63,507 bases of DNA, filler included, from Octopus bimaculoides (GCF_001194135.2; 8 parts of 8 records of this genome joined end to end with filler, not necessarily neighbours in it); one strand, 5' to 3'. Counted from the whole stretch's first letter, positions 35,205-49,721 are shown. Numbers and translations are program-made. The notes: a model not told the origin generated them from the sequence alone.

Positions 35205-35680
35205 TTATTATTATTATTCAGTAGTCTTATTTTCATCACGTGCTTTCACTACACTACCGAGCGCAGCTCTGTGTGCCTTGGGTATGTGCTGTGGTTTGTT
35301 GTGATGCTCTTATTTTCACTGTATTGAAAGTGTTTTACGTAGCATGTGTGCAGTGCCTAGTAGTGCTATTTTCTGTATATGTTATATATACTTATAAGTC
35401 CTGATGTTTTTGTTCTGTATTTGTCTGAATATTTTTTTATCATACCTAATGTGCCTACTATGATAGGAATTGTTTCTGTTTTTAGACTCCATATCAAGTT
35501 ACCTCTATTTCCAGATCTTTGTATTTTGAAATTTTCTCCGTTTCTGTTAGAGAAACATTGTCATCTGTTGGTACATCGATTAGAAAGCATTTCTTCTTAG
35601 TGATCTCTGACAACTATATCCGGCCTATTGGCCTTAATTTCCCTATCTTTATTATTATTATTATTATTATTATTAATAAT
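35205..35680 (-). mobile_element. 5'-truncated R4/Dong-like retroelement 3' end, (TAA)n on both sides
   Basis: Minus: DREIKANRPDIVVRD..TETIPIIVGTLG..IQKIALLGTAHMLRKTLSIQ* (stop 35316-35318); (ATT)n at 35205-35218 and from 35651. Confidence 0.85.
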
Positions 35681-36050
35681 AATAGATATATATATTATTA
35701 TTATATATATATTATTATTATATATATATTATTATCATATATATATATATACGACAGGCTTCTTTCAGTTTCCGTCTACCAAATCGACTTACAAGGCTTT
35801 GATCGGGCCGATGCTATAGTAGAAAACACCCTATCCCCCCCTCGCTCTATTATGGTAAGGAGTATAGTGAAGAGTTTTGGAACTGTTCACTATTCACCTT
35901 TGTTGAAACCCTTGTTCACTGGAATCGGTTCTGGCAGGAAGCCATCTGAATACATCTCCAGGTCTTCATACCCGCATATATGTGTGTGTGAATGAGTGCA
36001 TGTCCACGTGAGTGAGTATGTGCACATGCGCACGTGTGTATAAATATGCT

Positions 36051-36125
<75 letters not shown>

Positions 36126-36457
36126 ACTCGCACATACACAGATATATATAAAAAGATATTTATGTTTATGTATATATTATATGTGGAGCTAAGATATATA
36201 AGATATGCTTAAACCTAGTTTAATAAATAACTGAATATTATATAAACAAACGAATGTACACATTCTCATATTTATCTTTGTGGGTGTATACGTTCGTAAA
36301 TATGTATGCATGTATGTATGTATGTATGTATACACACTCACACGCAAATGCGCACGCGCACGCACACACACGCACACATATGTTTGAGCACGCGAGTAAA
36401 CGTATGTCCAAGCATGAATACGTATAGAGATACACATATATATACGTAATATATGAC

Positions 36458-36499
<42 letters not shown>

Positions 36500-37032
36500 A
36501 TATACACATATATATACACATATGTATGTTTATTTTTGACCTCTGTTTAAACACCATTGAATATTTCCAGATGAACAACTGCAGTGTCTGAAACACAAAG
36601 AATAAGATAAGCTGTTACGCCATTTTGTCTAAAGCTGTCAGAACGGACGCCATATTTTTTATGTAAGATTCGTCTTATTGTATTCAAATTTTAATACTCA
36701 TAAAAGATCACATCTTTAAAAACAAACCACTCACTTCCACTTACCTCCTTCTCCCTCTGTCGCTCCACTCATGGCATTTTATTATTTTTTTATTATGTTA
36801 CCTTATTCTCTCTCTCTCTCTTTCTTTCTCTCTGTAACTGTCCCAGCTTTTTTTTATTTTCTTTGTCAACCCAACCCCATCTCTCTCACTATTTATCTCT
36901 CTTTTCCCCTCTCGTTCTTTCTCTTATCCTCAAACTACCAGTCTTTCTTCTTATCTTTCTATCTGTCTACCTGTTTATCTATCTGTTTTTCTCCCTGCCT
37001 GCATGAATGCTTGCTTGACTTCCCGTCTACCC

Positions 37033-37088
<56 letters not shown>

Positions 37089-37191
37089 AACTAGCTATCC
37101 ATCTATTTGTCCGTATATTACACTTCTGTGATTGCGCAAATGTGTCTACGTAAAATACACACGCACATCAATATATACAAACACAATGTAA

Positions 37192-37318
<127 letters not shown>

Positions 37319-38955
37319 CACATACTCACACACTCACACACATACAGTAGATTCCACCGTTTTTATTTTCAAATATCAAAAAAAAATTGCTCTGCATCTA
37401 ATGCGTTCGTAGTACTAATGGGAAACCGAGAGCAGAAGGGTAAGGCAATGTAAATGCTTAAGATCACCTGGCACAATAATTATTACTAATAATAAAACAT
37501 TAACAACAGCTTAAAATCTCACAATCTTTCATCAGAAACTTACAAAAACTTGCTTCGAATATGTTGGCACTTATGCTGAGAATCACGTCATTTAATTTTC
37601 TCAGCATACATAATTCACATTTGATATGTGTCTTATATTAAATTTAAAACTGTGTTACCTGTAAGGAACATCTTTTTAATTGTGCAAATGAAAAAGTCTC
37701 CGAGGAAGATGATGTAAATGCTGAGGAACTTTCATATGCCTCTCAGTTATTTACAAGTGAATGACAACAAAATCATAGCAGTGGCGCAGAACCTTGATGG
37801 TCGATCGCACATACATAAAGATCATCGCTCAAAATACAAATTTTTACGTTATTTTTGTCAATTCTTTTGACAAAATATAAACAACTATACATCTGATGAA
37901 AAAGAAGATAAAACTGAGATATGCTACGTGTATAATTTAGCTTATTTCCGATAAATTTATTGTCTCATACTATATTCCAGTTTACTGGAATAAAGTCACG
38001 ATATTGAATTTACATGCACAGAATCACACATTTTCCACTACAAAACAACTCTAAGATAATTTTCAATTGATGTATAATAAACATATTGAATTTGTTTTTT
38101 TTTTTCTACCAAATGTAGTTGTAAAATAGGAGTGTTTTTTTTTGGCCAGAGTGCATATCATACGGCGGAAATAAGGTACATATATATACATGTATGTTTA
38201 CAAATATAAATACGTGTATGTATGCATTTATAAATATGTATAAATATGTATGTGTAAATACGCACACACACACATATATGCATATATGTATGTATATATT
38301 TATAAGTATATAAATATTTTGATGTGTGCATTAATATGTGTATTTCTGTATCTATGTATGTGTGTATCTATGTATGTCTGTATATATGTACGTACGTGTG
38401 TGTGTGTATACACATACACATACACACGCACATATAGCTGTTAAATCGGATACACAAGCACAGGTTCTCATAAATTAACAAAGTATTTTCAACAAGGAGC
38501 TTTACAGCACGATACAACACAAACTGCGAAAAGAAAAAAAAAAACCTAGATAAAAGAGAGTCGATAAGTTCACCGTTCCATACCGCATTAACAAAACATA
38601 ACCGAGATACTAGGAGCAGAAATTGTGTTAATAGTTAAATACTAATAAAATACCAACATGCAGGTGAAATAAACCATAAAAATAACCACGAGTTAACCGT
38701 TAAGGTATTGTGAATCAGACGAAGGTGATTAGCTAGTTACAACCTACGAATTCTCGCTGACTACTATAAACCGCTACACCAAAATACCCTTTGTCATCGT
38801 TTCATACGAATGATGATGCTGAGAAGGTCTTGAAGCGCTTATGGTCATTATAGTTCGAAATTAACAAAAAGGATTAAGAAGGAAATGTGAATATATTTGA
38901 ATAATTAAAGAGTAAATGCGAACATAGTCGTGTCATCAACACCAATATAGCAACT

Positions 38956-39218
38956 TTTCTTTTATTCTTTTATTCTTTTATTCTTTTACTTGTTTCAGTC
39001 GTTTGACTGCGGCCATGCTGGAGCACCGCCTTTAGTCGAACAAATCGAATCCAGGACTTATTATCTATAAGGCTAGTACTTATTCTATCGGTATCTTTTG
39101 CCGAACCGCTATATTACGGGGACGTAAACACACCAGCATTGGTTGTCAAGCGATGTTGGGGTGACAAACACAGACACACAAACATACACACACACACACA
39201 CACACACATACACACACG

Positions 39219-39266
<48 letters not shown>

Positions 39267-39362
39267 CGACAGGCTTCTTTCAGTTTCCGTCTACCAAATC
39301 GACTCACAAGGCTTTGGTCGGCCCGAGGCTATAGCAGAAGACACTTGCCCAAGGTGCCACGC
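38956..39362 (-). mobile_element. SINE family B, runs into a gap
   Basis: Low divergence from consensus; central (CA)n(TA)n. Confidence 0.9.
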
Positions 39363-39475
39363 NNNNNNNNNNNNNNNNNNNNNNNNNNNNNNNNNNNNNN
39401 NNNNNNTTAATTAATTAANNNNNNNNNNNNNNNNNNNNNNNNNNNNNNNNNNNNNNNNNNNNATATATATATATG

Positions 39476-39506
<31 letters not shown>

Positions 39507-39730
39507 TGTAGGTAGGGAAACATTCCAAATCTTGTCTTCTTGGAGCACTTCTACTTATTCCAGTATTACAATCGAGCACGTAGTTTTTATCGTTGTTGTA
39601 TAGATGCCCAGTTGAAATTAGAGTTGAACATTCTGGAAATATTGTTTGCAGAATTATATAACTAAACAGGAAACTGGAAAACCTTTTGGTATTATTTATG
39701 CACAATGACTCTCCCCAAACACAACAGAAT

Positions 39731-39942
39731 ACACATATTCCATTTGCTATAAAGAATTACAAAATTGTACATGTTACAAAAACATGTAAGAAGTTTCCTA
39801 TTTAAAATTCTTCAGACAGAGAATCAAATAATTATTTGATTCTCTGTCTGGAGAATTTCTTACACGAAAAAATAATAGGAAATTTCTTACACGTTTATCC
39901 ATTTACAATTTTGTGATTTCTATTAGCAAATAAAACATGTGT
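39731..39942. repeat. ~212-bp imperfect palindrome with 2-nt centre
   Basis: Core TTCAGACAGAGAATCAAATA-AT-TATTTGATTCTCTGTCTGGA; arms align out to ACACAT/ATGTGT. Confidence 0.85.
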
Positions 39943-39955
39943 AATGGTGAATATA

Positions 39956-40184
39956 AACGATAAACTTCGCCCTTTCAAAACCTAGCCAGGCTCATGGGCC
40001 CCGTTTCCCGGTTTCTATGGCGTATGTGTTCCCTCCAGCTGGACGGGACCCCAGTCCATCGTAGCGTTACTCAAGAAACAGGAAGAAAGAGTGAGAGAAA
40101 TTTGGGGCGAAAGAGTACAACAGGGGTCGCCACCGCCCCTGCCGGAGCCTCGTGGAGCTAACCACTAGGCCATTGCGCTTCCAC
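39956..40184 (-). mobile_element. tRNA-headed SINE: non-CORE centre + tail type 2, 13-bp TSD, internal deletion in head
   Basis: TSD AATGGTGAATATA at 39943-39955 and 40185-40197; centre CTCCACGAGGCTCCGGCAGGGG; tail CCATGAGCCTGGCTAGG. Confidence 0.85.
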
Positions 40185-40609
40185 AATGGTGAATATACTT
40201 TACTAAAAACTTTCCAATATGAAGGGTACACTGTAACATACTTTTGTTTTGGATGCCTAAATTAGTTTGTGTGCACACTCTCAATCATCCTCGAATCGAG
40301 GAAGAGTCAGATGAAGTAAAGGGAATAAACTACCATTGGACGGGGAATCATTTGTTACTAAACATATTGGAGAGACGGCAAATAATGTGTCTTTATTAAG
40401 GACACCCTCAATGAATCGAGCCCATAAATTTACTGTCGGAAACGAAGTCCCCTAATCACAAGGCCTCGGACTTTCACACAAACACAGGCAAGCACACACA
40501 CACACGCACACACAACACAACACACGTGTGTGTGGTGTATGTGGATACATCTATGTGTGTGTACGTATGTGTGTAATATAGATTAATAAAAACAAAGATG
40601 AAAGTTCAT

Positions 40610-40837
40610 ACCCAAATCATATGGACAATTGAGGCCGGTTTCCGAGTTTCTGGAGTGTGTAAAATAGCCCCGAATGGGATAACGATCTGCTGCAGGATTA
40701 TTCATTTGTATCTGGTATGTGGACTGGAGTTACGTGAAATAAAGTGTTTTGCTCAAGCGCACAACGCATCGCCAGATCCAGGAATCGAAGACACAATCTT
40801 ACGATTATGGAGTCCAGCAAACTAACTGTGCCTCCAC
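40610..40837 (-). mobile_element. tRNA-headed CORE-like SINE with a third tail type
   Basis: Minus: TTGAGCAAAACACTTTATTTCACGTAACTCCAGTCCAC CORE-like block. Confidence 0.65.
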
Positions 40838-40877
40838 TAATACCCACAGACAGAAAGACAAACTCACATATATGCAT

Positions 40878-41048
40878 GTGTGTGTGTTGTATGTGTGTGT
40901 GTTGTATGTGTGTGTATTGTATGTGTGTGTATTGTATGTGTGTGTGTTGTATGTGTGTGTATTGTATGTGTGTGTGTTGTATGTGTGTGTGTTGTATGTG
41001 TGTGTGTTGTATGTGTGTGTGTTGTATGTGTGTGTGTTGTATGTGTGT
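40878..41048. repeat. 15-bp period minisatellite, about 11 units
   Basis: (GTGTTGTATGTGTGT)n with GTATT variants. Confidence 0.9.
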
Positions 41049-43895
41049 ACGCTCATATACAAACACACATACAGATACATAGTTATAGATATAGAATGTA
41101 TGTATTCTGAGATATTTGTATATTAATAGATTTTCGAAAACTGTGCGTGTCGTCGATTGATTAGTTGATATTATATCGATACATTTCTATCAAATTTTAA
41201 TAGAAAAGAACTTCAACATTTTTAAAAGTGTCCCTCCTGCTTTGATATCTTCGTATATAACATTACACTCAACTCGTTATTATGACAATAGCTATTTCTG
41301 TATGAGTGTGAAGTATACATATATACATACATATATATATANNNNNNNNNNNNNNNNNNNNNNNNNNNNNNNNNNNNNNNNNNNNNNNNNNNNNNNNNNN
41401 NNNNNNNNNNNNNNNNNNNNNNNNNNNNNNNNNNNNNNNNNNNNNNNNNNNNNNNNNNNNNNNNNNNNNNNNNNNNNATATATATATATATATATATATA
41501 TACATAATTATTTATGCATACATATAGTTATACATATAAATTTATATATATGTATGCATGTATATGTGTATATGAATGTGTATATGTATGTATATATATA
41601 TATATGCACGTTAACGCTATACAAACGTAATATCAGGAATAGTCAAGCTATATGGTATTCAAAAATAAATTTGAAGTAAAATTATTTTAGCGATAGTAGT
41701 TTAGTTGTAGTTTACTTGATTAGGTTTATATTGGCAGAATATAAACTGGATAACGTTATTAGCAGAGTGAAATAGTTTTATCTATAATTATAAACATCCA
41801 ATTACTTTCTGATATTACATTATTTCTTCAATTTTGCTTCAGTTTTACAAATGTTATCTTCAATATTTGATGATTTCTTAAGGAAATTTTTCAGCTATTT
41901 GAAACGTTTCACATAAGTTTGTTACTGTAATCTTTTAATAAAATGGAAATTCTCAATCATAAATATTTCAAATATATAGCAAACAGAAATGTAAGCTATA
42001 CTAAATTTGCTTTACTCTTGCTCACCCCGAGTTTGTTTAGTCTTGTAACTTTTGTTTAGCGATATTTCGACTGATGGAAACTTCAAATAGTCTTCAGGGA
42101 TAAACTTAATTTATTATGCTTCTAACTTGATTATTCATTGCATACATTATCTTCTAACAACGTCACTTCCATTAAATGCAGCTAATGTTTTAGGAACATT
42201 AAGAACGCTGGAATGTTCATGTAAATATCTGTATAACATGAATTGATTTAATGAATTCGGGTTAGAAAAAAAAAAAAAAACAGAACAATATTGTGAGTAG
42301 AAATGCATAATATCGTTAGTGAATCTTTTAGTAGTTTCTAAGTTATATGAATTTCTGAAAGTGAATTGAGACATTAATTTTGAATAACAATGAGACTGAA
42401 TCTATCTCCGGTTGCCATAAATTTATCTTGATAGATTACAAATCTTTCTTTGAATAGGATGGTAAAGATCATAGTTAACTTTACGTTAATTAGTTGTAAA
42501 AATAGAGTCGTCAATTCTCGGCTGTTATTGCTGCCACAGGTGAGTTACAGTACCCACAACAGTTACTTAGAATTTGAATTCTGCTGTTGGCATTGAATTT
42601 CCATGGTCGTGCATCAGACAAATGTGATCGACCAATACTCGTCGGCTTATCTGGTACATCCTGCACTCGACAGTCTTCAATATTATGTACCGTGAGGGAA
42701 AATGTGAGCAGGTACCAAATATTGGAACGTTGATAGCTGTACACATTTATATACTGTTCAGAAAACTCAGAGACTATGATAGGTATGGAAATGCTTTTAA
42801 AGTGAGTTGAGTTGGATTTATATGGAAACATATTCAGAGGAGCATTATACTGTAATATAACACTCTTTATCGAAGCAGATAAGGGTCCTTATTCCAGAAC
42901 TATTTGATAAATAAATAAAAATATGTTGTTACTTAGATAGCTACTGAAAATATAGTTGTGCATGAAAGCTACAGCTGTTAATTCTACAGTTGAAAACAAT
43001 TAAGTTTATATATATTTATTACCAAATATAGTAAATTTCTTTCCTAATTACGTCGATCAGTAGCATTCATTTAGAGATAATCAGCATTATTAGATTAAAG
43101 CACAGATGGAGTTAGTCTTTGTCTTTTCAAACCACAACAGTAGGGTAAATAAAATAGCTGCAACTAGCAAGCAAAAATAATTAAAGGATTTTTTTAATGC
43201 CGACTGCGTGTTACTTATGATTTGACACTCGCCATTTTGCAAACATACAAGCTTGAATGCTGCTTACATAATACTTACAAACTCACATAAATGCATACAC
43301 ATAGGCAGGCATACATACACCCAAACATACATTCATACATACGTACATACATGCATGATGGTTGCTTAATCTTGCCACATGATAGCCGTCCCATTAACAC
43401 ACATATCGCACTCCATCGGACAGCACAATCCCTGTTGGTGAGCCGTCACATGACATTAAGACCAGCTGTTAACTGACGGTTTAAAACACAAGGGACAGAT
43501 ATTCAAGTTTCTTCTATATCTTTGCCTTTTGGAATCTGATTCTGAATTAATGTTTTTGTGAACTAGTCTGTCTGTCAAGTCCAGATATTGTATTACAGGT
43601 TTTGTGACATATAACACAAGTTGTAAGAGGTGGTCGGGGTTCAAGATTATTACCCACCTGGGCAATTACGATTTTCATGTGATTCCATATGATTCACGTA
43701 TCCTGCTTTTGACAACAGAATACGATCACACATAATACATATCCGGTATTCACAGTTGATTTGAGTTACAATTGCTCCTTTACGATAGAACCTTTTATGC
43801 TCAGAGTGCTGAATCAACTTTTCCTCCCAGGCGTTGCAACCAGCCCTAACAACACCTCTTCACTTGTTCTGATCCAAAACATCAATTTCCCAATG

Positions 43896-43926
<31 letters not shown>

Positions 43927-45370
43927 GTATTTGAAGTCACAGGCAGATTGTCTGTGTAACAAAACAAGGTAAATTTATAATTAGAACTTAGAACGCTTAA
44001 CAGTTAAATCGTGATTACATAATGAAAACAGAATAAACGCGCTTACAATTCTCAGTATCTCTGGAGATAGTTGGACCTACAGTAATTTGCCTAACTATAA
44101 GCAAATGAATCAACGGGTAAAACCGCAGGAGTTTCTACATGCTGTTGTAGAGTGGAAGAATTATTGAACATTTGTATTTTTCTGGAATATCAAAACCGGC
44201 AAAAGCAAATATAATATTCTGGGAAATAAAATGCGGGTGTAAGATGCGCCTCAACTTCATTGAGAAGCGAAATCTGTCGATTAACAATGTCATTTTCAAA
44301 CCGTTATCTAACAGAAATTATTTATAGGGAATATCGGAAACGCTGAGGTTTTCAAGAAAACAGAAAGGTCAGCCTTGCATCCTCCGGATACAATCGATCA
44401 CTTGTAGTATGGAAATTTTAAAAGCCTTTCAAGAACCTTCTATTTTAGTCGAAAGTAGTGACACGTAAAATGGATATATATTTGAATAAGCCTAATGTGA
44501 TAACGCTCAGATTTAGAGAATGTCAATTAGAACATTCACATATGCATGTAGGTACTTGTATGCATGTAGGAATCTGTACAAACTCCACATGAACTCACAC
44601 ATGAACTCACAGGGTAGTTTATTGATGACGACAATTCAAACATGTCATATTATCTAGTGTTATTGGTCAAAAGAAGCCCCCACATTGTATGAATGCATAC
44701 ATACATAATACATACATACATACATACATGTACTTTCAGCTTCATACCTATTATTGGAGAAGCAGGATACATAACCACCCGTGTGGAGTAAAGTATGGTT
44801 GAACTTGGATTCAAAGGGAGAGAATGCAAATCGTACACTACAAACGATCGCGATACCTGGAACTATAAACATCTGCAAGAACTTCCTGAGATTTAAAAGT
44901 TGATGGCTAAAACAAAATTCTTTCCTCAGAGAATCAATTTGACCCTTTACGGATTCCGTTGAGTTAGTTGGAAGTTATTTACTAGATTTTCCTTGTTGTC
45001 TTTTCACTTTTTACCTTCCTGATCCAGGACGCCGCCCAGTAATTGCATGTGCAGATTGACAAAGGCTTAACGAACAAATAAATTCGTTCTTTTTTCTTTC
45101 TAATTGAGCCAAGGTTCGGGGAAAATCCAGAGTTCTAGAAGCTCTCTGTAACCAGCTTGTTCGACGGTGATCATGCTGTTATATATNNNNNNNNNNNNNN
45201 NNNNNNNNNNNNNNNNNNNNNNNNNNNNNNNNNNNNNNNNNNNNNNNNNNNNNNNNNNNNNNNNNNNNNNNNNNNNNNNNNNNNNNNNNNNNNNNNNNNN
45301 NNNNNNNNNNNNNNNNNNNNNNNNNNNNNNNNNNNNNNNNNNNNNNNNNNNNNNNTATATATATATATAT

Positions 45371-45740
45371 ATGGCAAATGAAAGACGGTAGATGTAATAA
45401 AGGAGAATTTATTATCAATCACAACAACTGTTTCGTGCATCTGGCAGTGATCCCTCACTGGTGGGACACTCAACAACTGGTTCAGGAGTATCCGGCGGTG
45501 CAGATGTACCACATCGGGTGAAAAGTAGACACAGCTCGTTAAAATAGCAATGAAACGAAACTTCTCATTTTGTAGAAAGAAAAATAGCCATAGGGAAGAA
45601 AATTCTTACATAGAAGAACAAAAATTAAATAACAGACGAAAAGAAGAACCGAACACGTAATACAGTTAGCTGTGTCTAACCGATTATAATGATTAATAAT
45701 AAATTCTCGATTATTCCATCTTCCATCGTCCATTTGCCAT
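45371..45740. repeat. diverged inverted repeat, ~70-bp arms, left arm interrupted
   Basis: ATGGCAAATG..GAGAATTTATTAT..TAGACACAGCT vs reverse complement of 45668-45740. Confidence 0.7.
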
Positions 45741-45775
45741 GTACGACCACTGTTAATGTAACCGTGTTTTTCCAG

Positions 45776-46047
45776 TGTCTCTTTTTGCCGAACCGTTAAG
45801 TTAAGGGGACGTAAACACACCAGCATCGGTTGTCAAGTGATGGTGGGGGGACAAACACAGACACACAAACACACATATATATACACATATATACCTCGGG
45901 CTTCTTTCAGTTTCCGTCTACCAAATCCACTCACAAGGCTTTGGTCGGCTCGAAGATATAGTAGAAGACACTTGTCCAAGGTGCCACCCAGTGGGACTGA
46001 ACTTGGAACCATGCGGTTGGTAAGCAAGCTACTTACCACACAGCCAC
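45776..46047 (-). mobile_element. SINE family B, 3'-truncated
   Basis: Close to consensus. Confidence 0.85.
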
Positions 46048-46539
46048 TAATCAAAATAAGCAGCAAGGATATCCAAAGTTAATGCAGTCCGATCGTTTCA
46101 TGCGACTCCATTTATTTAAGCAATTTGACCATTACATCAAATGTAAAATGCAAAGCAATCCTCAATATATATATATATATATANNNNNNNNNNNNNNNNN
46201 NNNNNNNNNNNNNNNNNNNNNNNNNNNNNNNNNNNNNNNNNNNNNNNNNNNNNNNNNNNNNNNNNNNNNNNNNNNNNNNNNNNNNNNNNNNNNNNNNNNN
46301 NNNNNNNNNNNNNNNNNNNNNNNNNNNNNNNNNNNNNNNNNNNNNNNNNNNNNNNNNNNNNNNNNNNNNNNNNNNNNNNNNNNNNNNNNNNNNNNNNNNN
46401 NNNNNNNNNNNNNNNNNNNNNNNNNNNNNNNNNNNNNNNNNNNNNNNNTATATATATATATATATATATATTTACGCACACACATATGATGTGATAGTCC
46501 AGATTATCGGATGATGCTATACATCGCTGATCACAAGAC

Positions 46540-46740
46540 ATTTTGCATCGTTTTACCTTTCGAATGTTGCCACAGCACTGCCTAGGCAGTCAGGCCAACT
46601 TTCAGCCCAGCAGGAAGACCTTTTCATTGAACCGTTACCCAATGGCAGCTGATTGGAGAGGAGCAACGCAGAGTAAACTGTTTTGCTCCGGGGAATCGAA
46701 CATGCAATCACCAGATTGTGAATGCATCACCCTAAATAAC
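46540..46740 (-). mobile_element. old CORE-like SINE
   Basis: Minus: GTTCGATTCCCCGGAGCAAAACAGTTTACTCTGCGTTGCTCC..CAGCTG. Confidence 0.5.
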
Positions 46741-47129
46741 ATTTTACAAGACATTATATTACATACATATTTCCTCAAGAACACACAATCGTGTGACTAC
46801 ATAGTTGAAGATATAAATATCGAGGTCTATATATGCATATACACATATATACCTATATGTAAATGTATACATTTATACTAACACGTTCATATACGCATAC
46901 ACACGCATAATTACTAGTACGTTTGTGAGTTTGCGTGTAAACAATACACATATAAGCTAAGCACACATGCATTCATATGTACACACACGCACACATGCAT
47001 ATGTGTTTGTATGTATGTATGTATATGCATATGTGCTTGTATGTATATATGTATGCGTATTACACACACATGTGTGCACGCACACGCACACACATATGCA
47101 CACACGCAGAGAATATATTATATATATTT

Positions 47130-47520
47130 GGCTGTGTGGTAAGTAGCTTGCTTACCAACCGCATGGTTCTGCATTCAGTCCCACTGCGTGGCACCTTGGG
47201 CATGTGTCTTCTACTATAGCCTCGGGTTGACCAAAGGCGTATGAGTGGATTTGATAGACGGAATCTGAATGAAGCCTGTCGTATATACATATGTCTGTAT
47301 GTGTGCCTATATTTGTATGTTTGTGTTTGTTCCGCCACCATCGATTAACAACCGATGTTGATGTGTTTACACTCCTGTAACTCAGCGGTTCGGTACAAGT
47401 GACCGATAGAATGATTACTAGACTTACGAAGAATAAGTCTTGGGGCCGAGTTGTTCGACTAAAGGTGTTACTCCAGCAAGGCCGCAGTCAAATGACTGAA
47501 ACGAATAAAGGAATTAAAGG
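47130..47520 (+). mobile_element. SINE family B, near full length
   Basis: Head, central tract and tail all present; a further 3' half follows at ~47690-47855. Confidence 0.85.
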
Positions 47521-47872
47521 ATATTAAATATGGTGTATATGAAAATTGGTTGAAATCTCTAAATGTTTGTATGTTGTTGTAATGGTAACTTTAAATGGAA
47601 TTTACGTAATTATAAATCCCGTTACTTTAAAAAAAAGATGAGATGAAAGCTGAAAGTCTCAGGAGTGTAACTGGCACTGCATCAGTTACGATGTTGTGTA
47701 TTCCCGTTGTGTTTACAATATCATAAAATTGCGGTTCGGTCAAAATAACCGATAGAATAAGTACCAGGCTGGAGTCGATTCGTTCTACTAAAATCCCTCA
47801 AGGTGATGCTCCAGTATCGCTGTAGTCTAATGACTGAAACAAGTAGAAGATACTAGATACATATATACATAC

Positions 47873-47909
<37 letters not shown>

Positions 47910-47912
<3 letters not shown>

Positions 47913-49117
47913 CAAATAATAAGCAACACGGATTTCAAAAGTGATTGCAGTACGCACGTTTCATGCTACTTCAATTTATTTAAGTAATGTGAGCATTACC
48001 TTAAATGCAATGTGAAGAGCAATCTTCAGCTGCACNNNNNNNNNNNNNNNNNNNNNNNNNNNNNNNNNNNNNNNNNNNNNNNNNNNNNNNNNNNNNNNNN
48101 NNNNNNNNNNNNNNNNNNNNNNNNNNNNNNNNNNNNNNNNNNNNNNNNNNNNNNNNNNNNNNNNNNNNNNNNNNNNNNNNNNNNNNNNNNNNNNNNNNNN
48201 NNNNNNNNNNNNNNNNNNNNNNNNNNNNNNNNNNNNNNNNNNNNNNNNNNNNNNNNNNNNNNNNNNNNNNNNNNNNNNNNNNNNNNNNNNNNNNNNNNNN
48301 NNNNNNNNNNNNNNNNNNNNNNNNNNNNNNNNNNNNNNNNNNNNNNNNNNNNNNNNNNNNNNNNNNNNNNNNNNNNNNNNNNNNNNNNNNNNNNNNNNNN
48401 NNNNNNNNNNNNNNNNNNNNNNNNNNNNNNNNNNNNNNNNNNNNNNNNNNNNNNNNNNNNNNNNNNNNNNNNNNNNNNNNNNNNNNNNNNNNNNNNNNNN
48501 NNNNNNNNNNNNNNNNNNNNNNNNNNNNNNNNNNNNNNNNNNNNNNNNNNNNNNNNNNNNNNNNNNNNNNNNNNNNNNNNNNNNNNNNNNNNNNNNNNNN
48601 NNNNNNNNNNNNNNNNNNNNNNNNNNNNNNNNNNNNNNNNNNNNNNNNNNNNNNNNNNNNNNNNNNNNNNNNNNNNNNNNNNNNNNNNNNNNNNNNNNNN
48701 NNNNNNNNNNNNNNNNNNNNNNNNNNNNNNNNNNNNNNNNNNNNNNNNNNNNNNNNNNNNNNNNNNNNNNNNNNNNNNNNNNNNNNNNNNNNNNNNNNNN
48801 NNNNNNNNNNNNNNNNNNNNNNNNNNNNNNNNNNNNNNNNNNNNNNNNNNNNNNNNNNNNNNNNNNNNNNNNNNNNNNNNNNNNNNNNNNNNNNNNNNAT
48901 ATATTCTTCCTCTGCTCTCTCCCACTTGGTTTTAATATGTTGCCACATTTGTAATATGTCTTTTTTTTCTACATTTTTTCTACATTTTTTCGTGCAGCTG
49001 AAGATTGCTCTTCATATTGCATTTAAGGTAATGCTCACATTACTTAAATAAATTGAAGTAGCATGAAACGTGCGTACTGCAATCACTTTTGAAATCCGTG
49101 TTGCTTATTATTTGATT
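47910..49117. mobile_element. inverted-repeat element, 126-bp near-identical arms, interior mostly an N gap
   Basis: 47910-48035 equals reverse complement of 48992-49117 with one mismatch; (TA)n nearby on both sides. Confidence 0.7.
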
Positions 49118-49186
49118 TTAATCACCCATCCTTTTGGGATGTGATATTCGGGTGCCTTCGCATAAGTACCATATTCAAGCCTTGAA

Positions 49187-49220
<34 letters not shown>

Positions 49221-49688
49221 GGTGTGTATGTGTGTTTATATACATGTATACAGAATGTATTCTTGTTAATCATTTACCACTGTTAATATTTTATGGCTTT
49301 TAAAACATATTCTTTTTATTTAAGGATGCCATAATATTTGTACGTTGATTGTATTACTAATATTTCTAAAGGTATCGTTATGCAGAATATATATTTGGCT
49401 TCTTCAAAATTTGTCTTTAAAAGCAGAAATCATAAACTTTGCGTAGTGTCCTCCACGAATCGAGTTTATCTGAAAAAATATACATAGTCATAAAAAGTAT
49501 TATAATAAAATCAACAAAGGATAGTAGGATTAATGATACCATCATGAGTCGTATAGTTTTTATGATTTTCTATACGTTGCAGAAGACAGAAACCTTAAAA
49601 TAACTTTATGCAGTAAACATCGTATTGTAAATCCTCATATATACTGGTCGACATTCATGCAGACAACCAGACAAGTATAAATCTTTGC

Positions 49689-49692
<4 letters not shown>

Positions 49693-49721
<29 letters not shown>

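Noticed and set aside
42511-42831. 106-aa minus-strand ORF and nearby CAG|GTGAGT donor
   Set aside because: No recognisable domain; no consistent exon model
44985-45060. Very strong polypyrimidine tract and AG at 45026-45027
   Set aside because: All three frames close within 14 codons and no good donor; cannot support a feature
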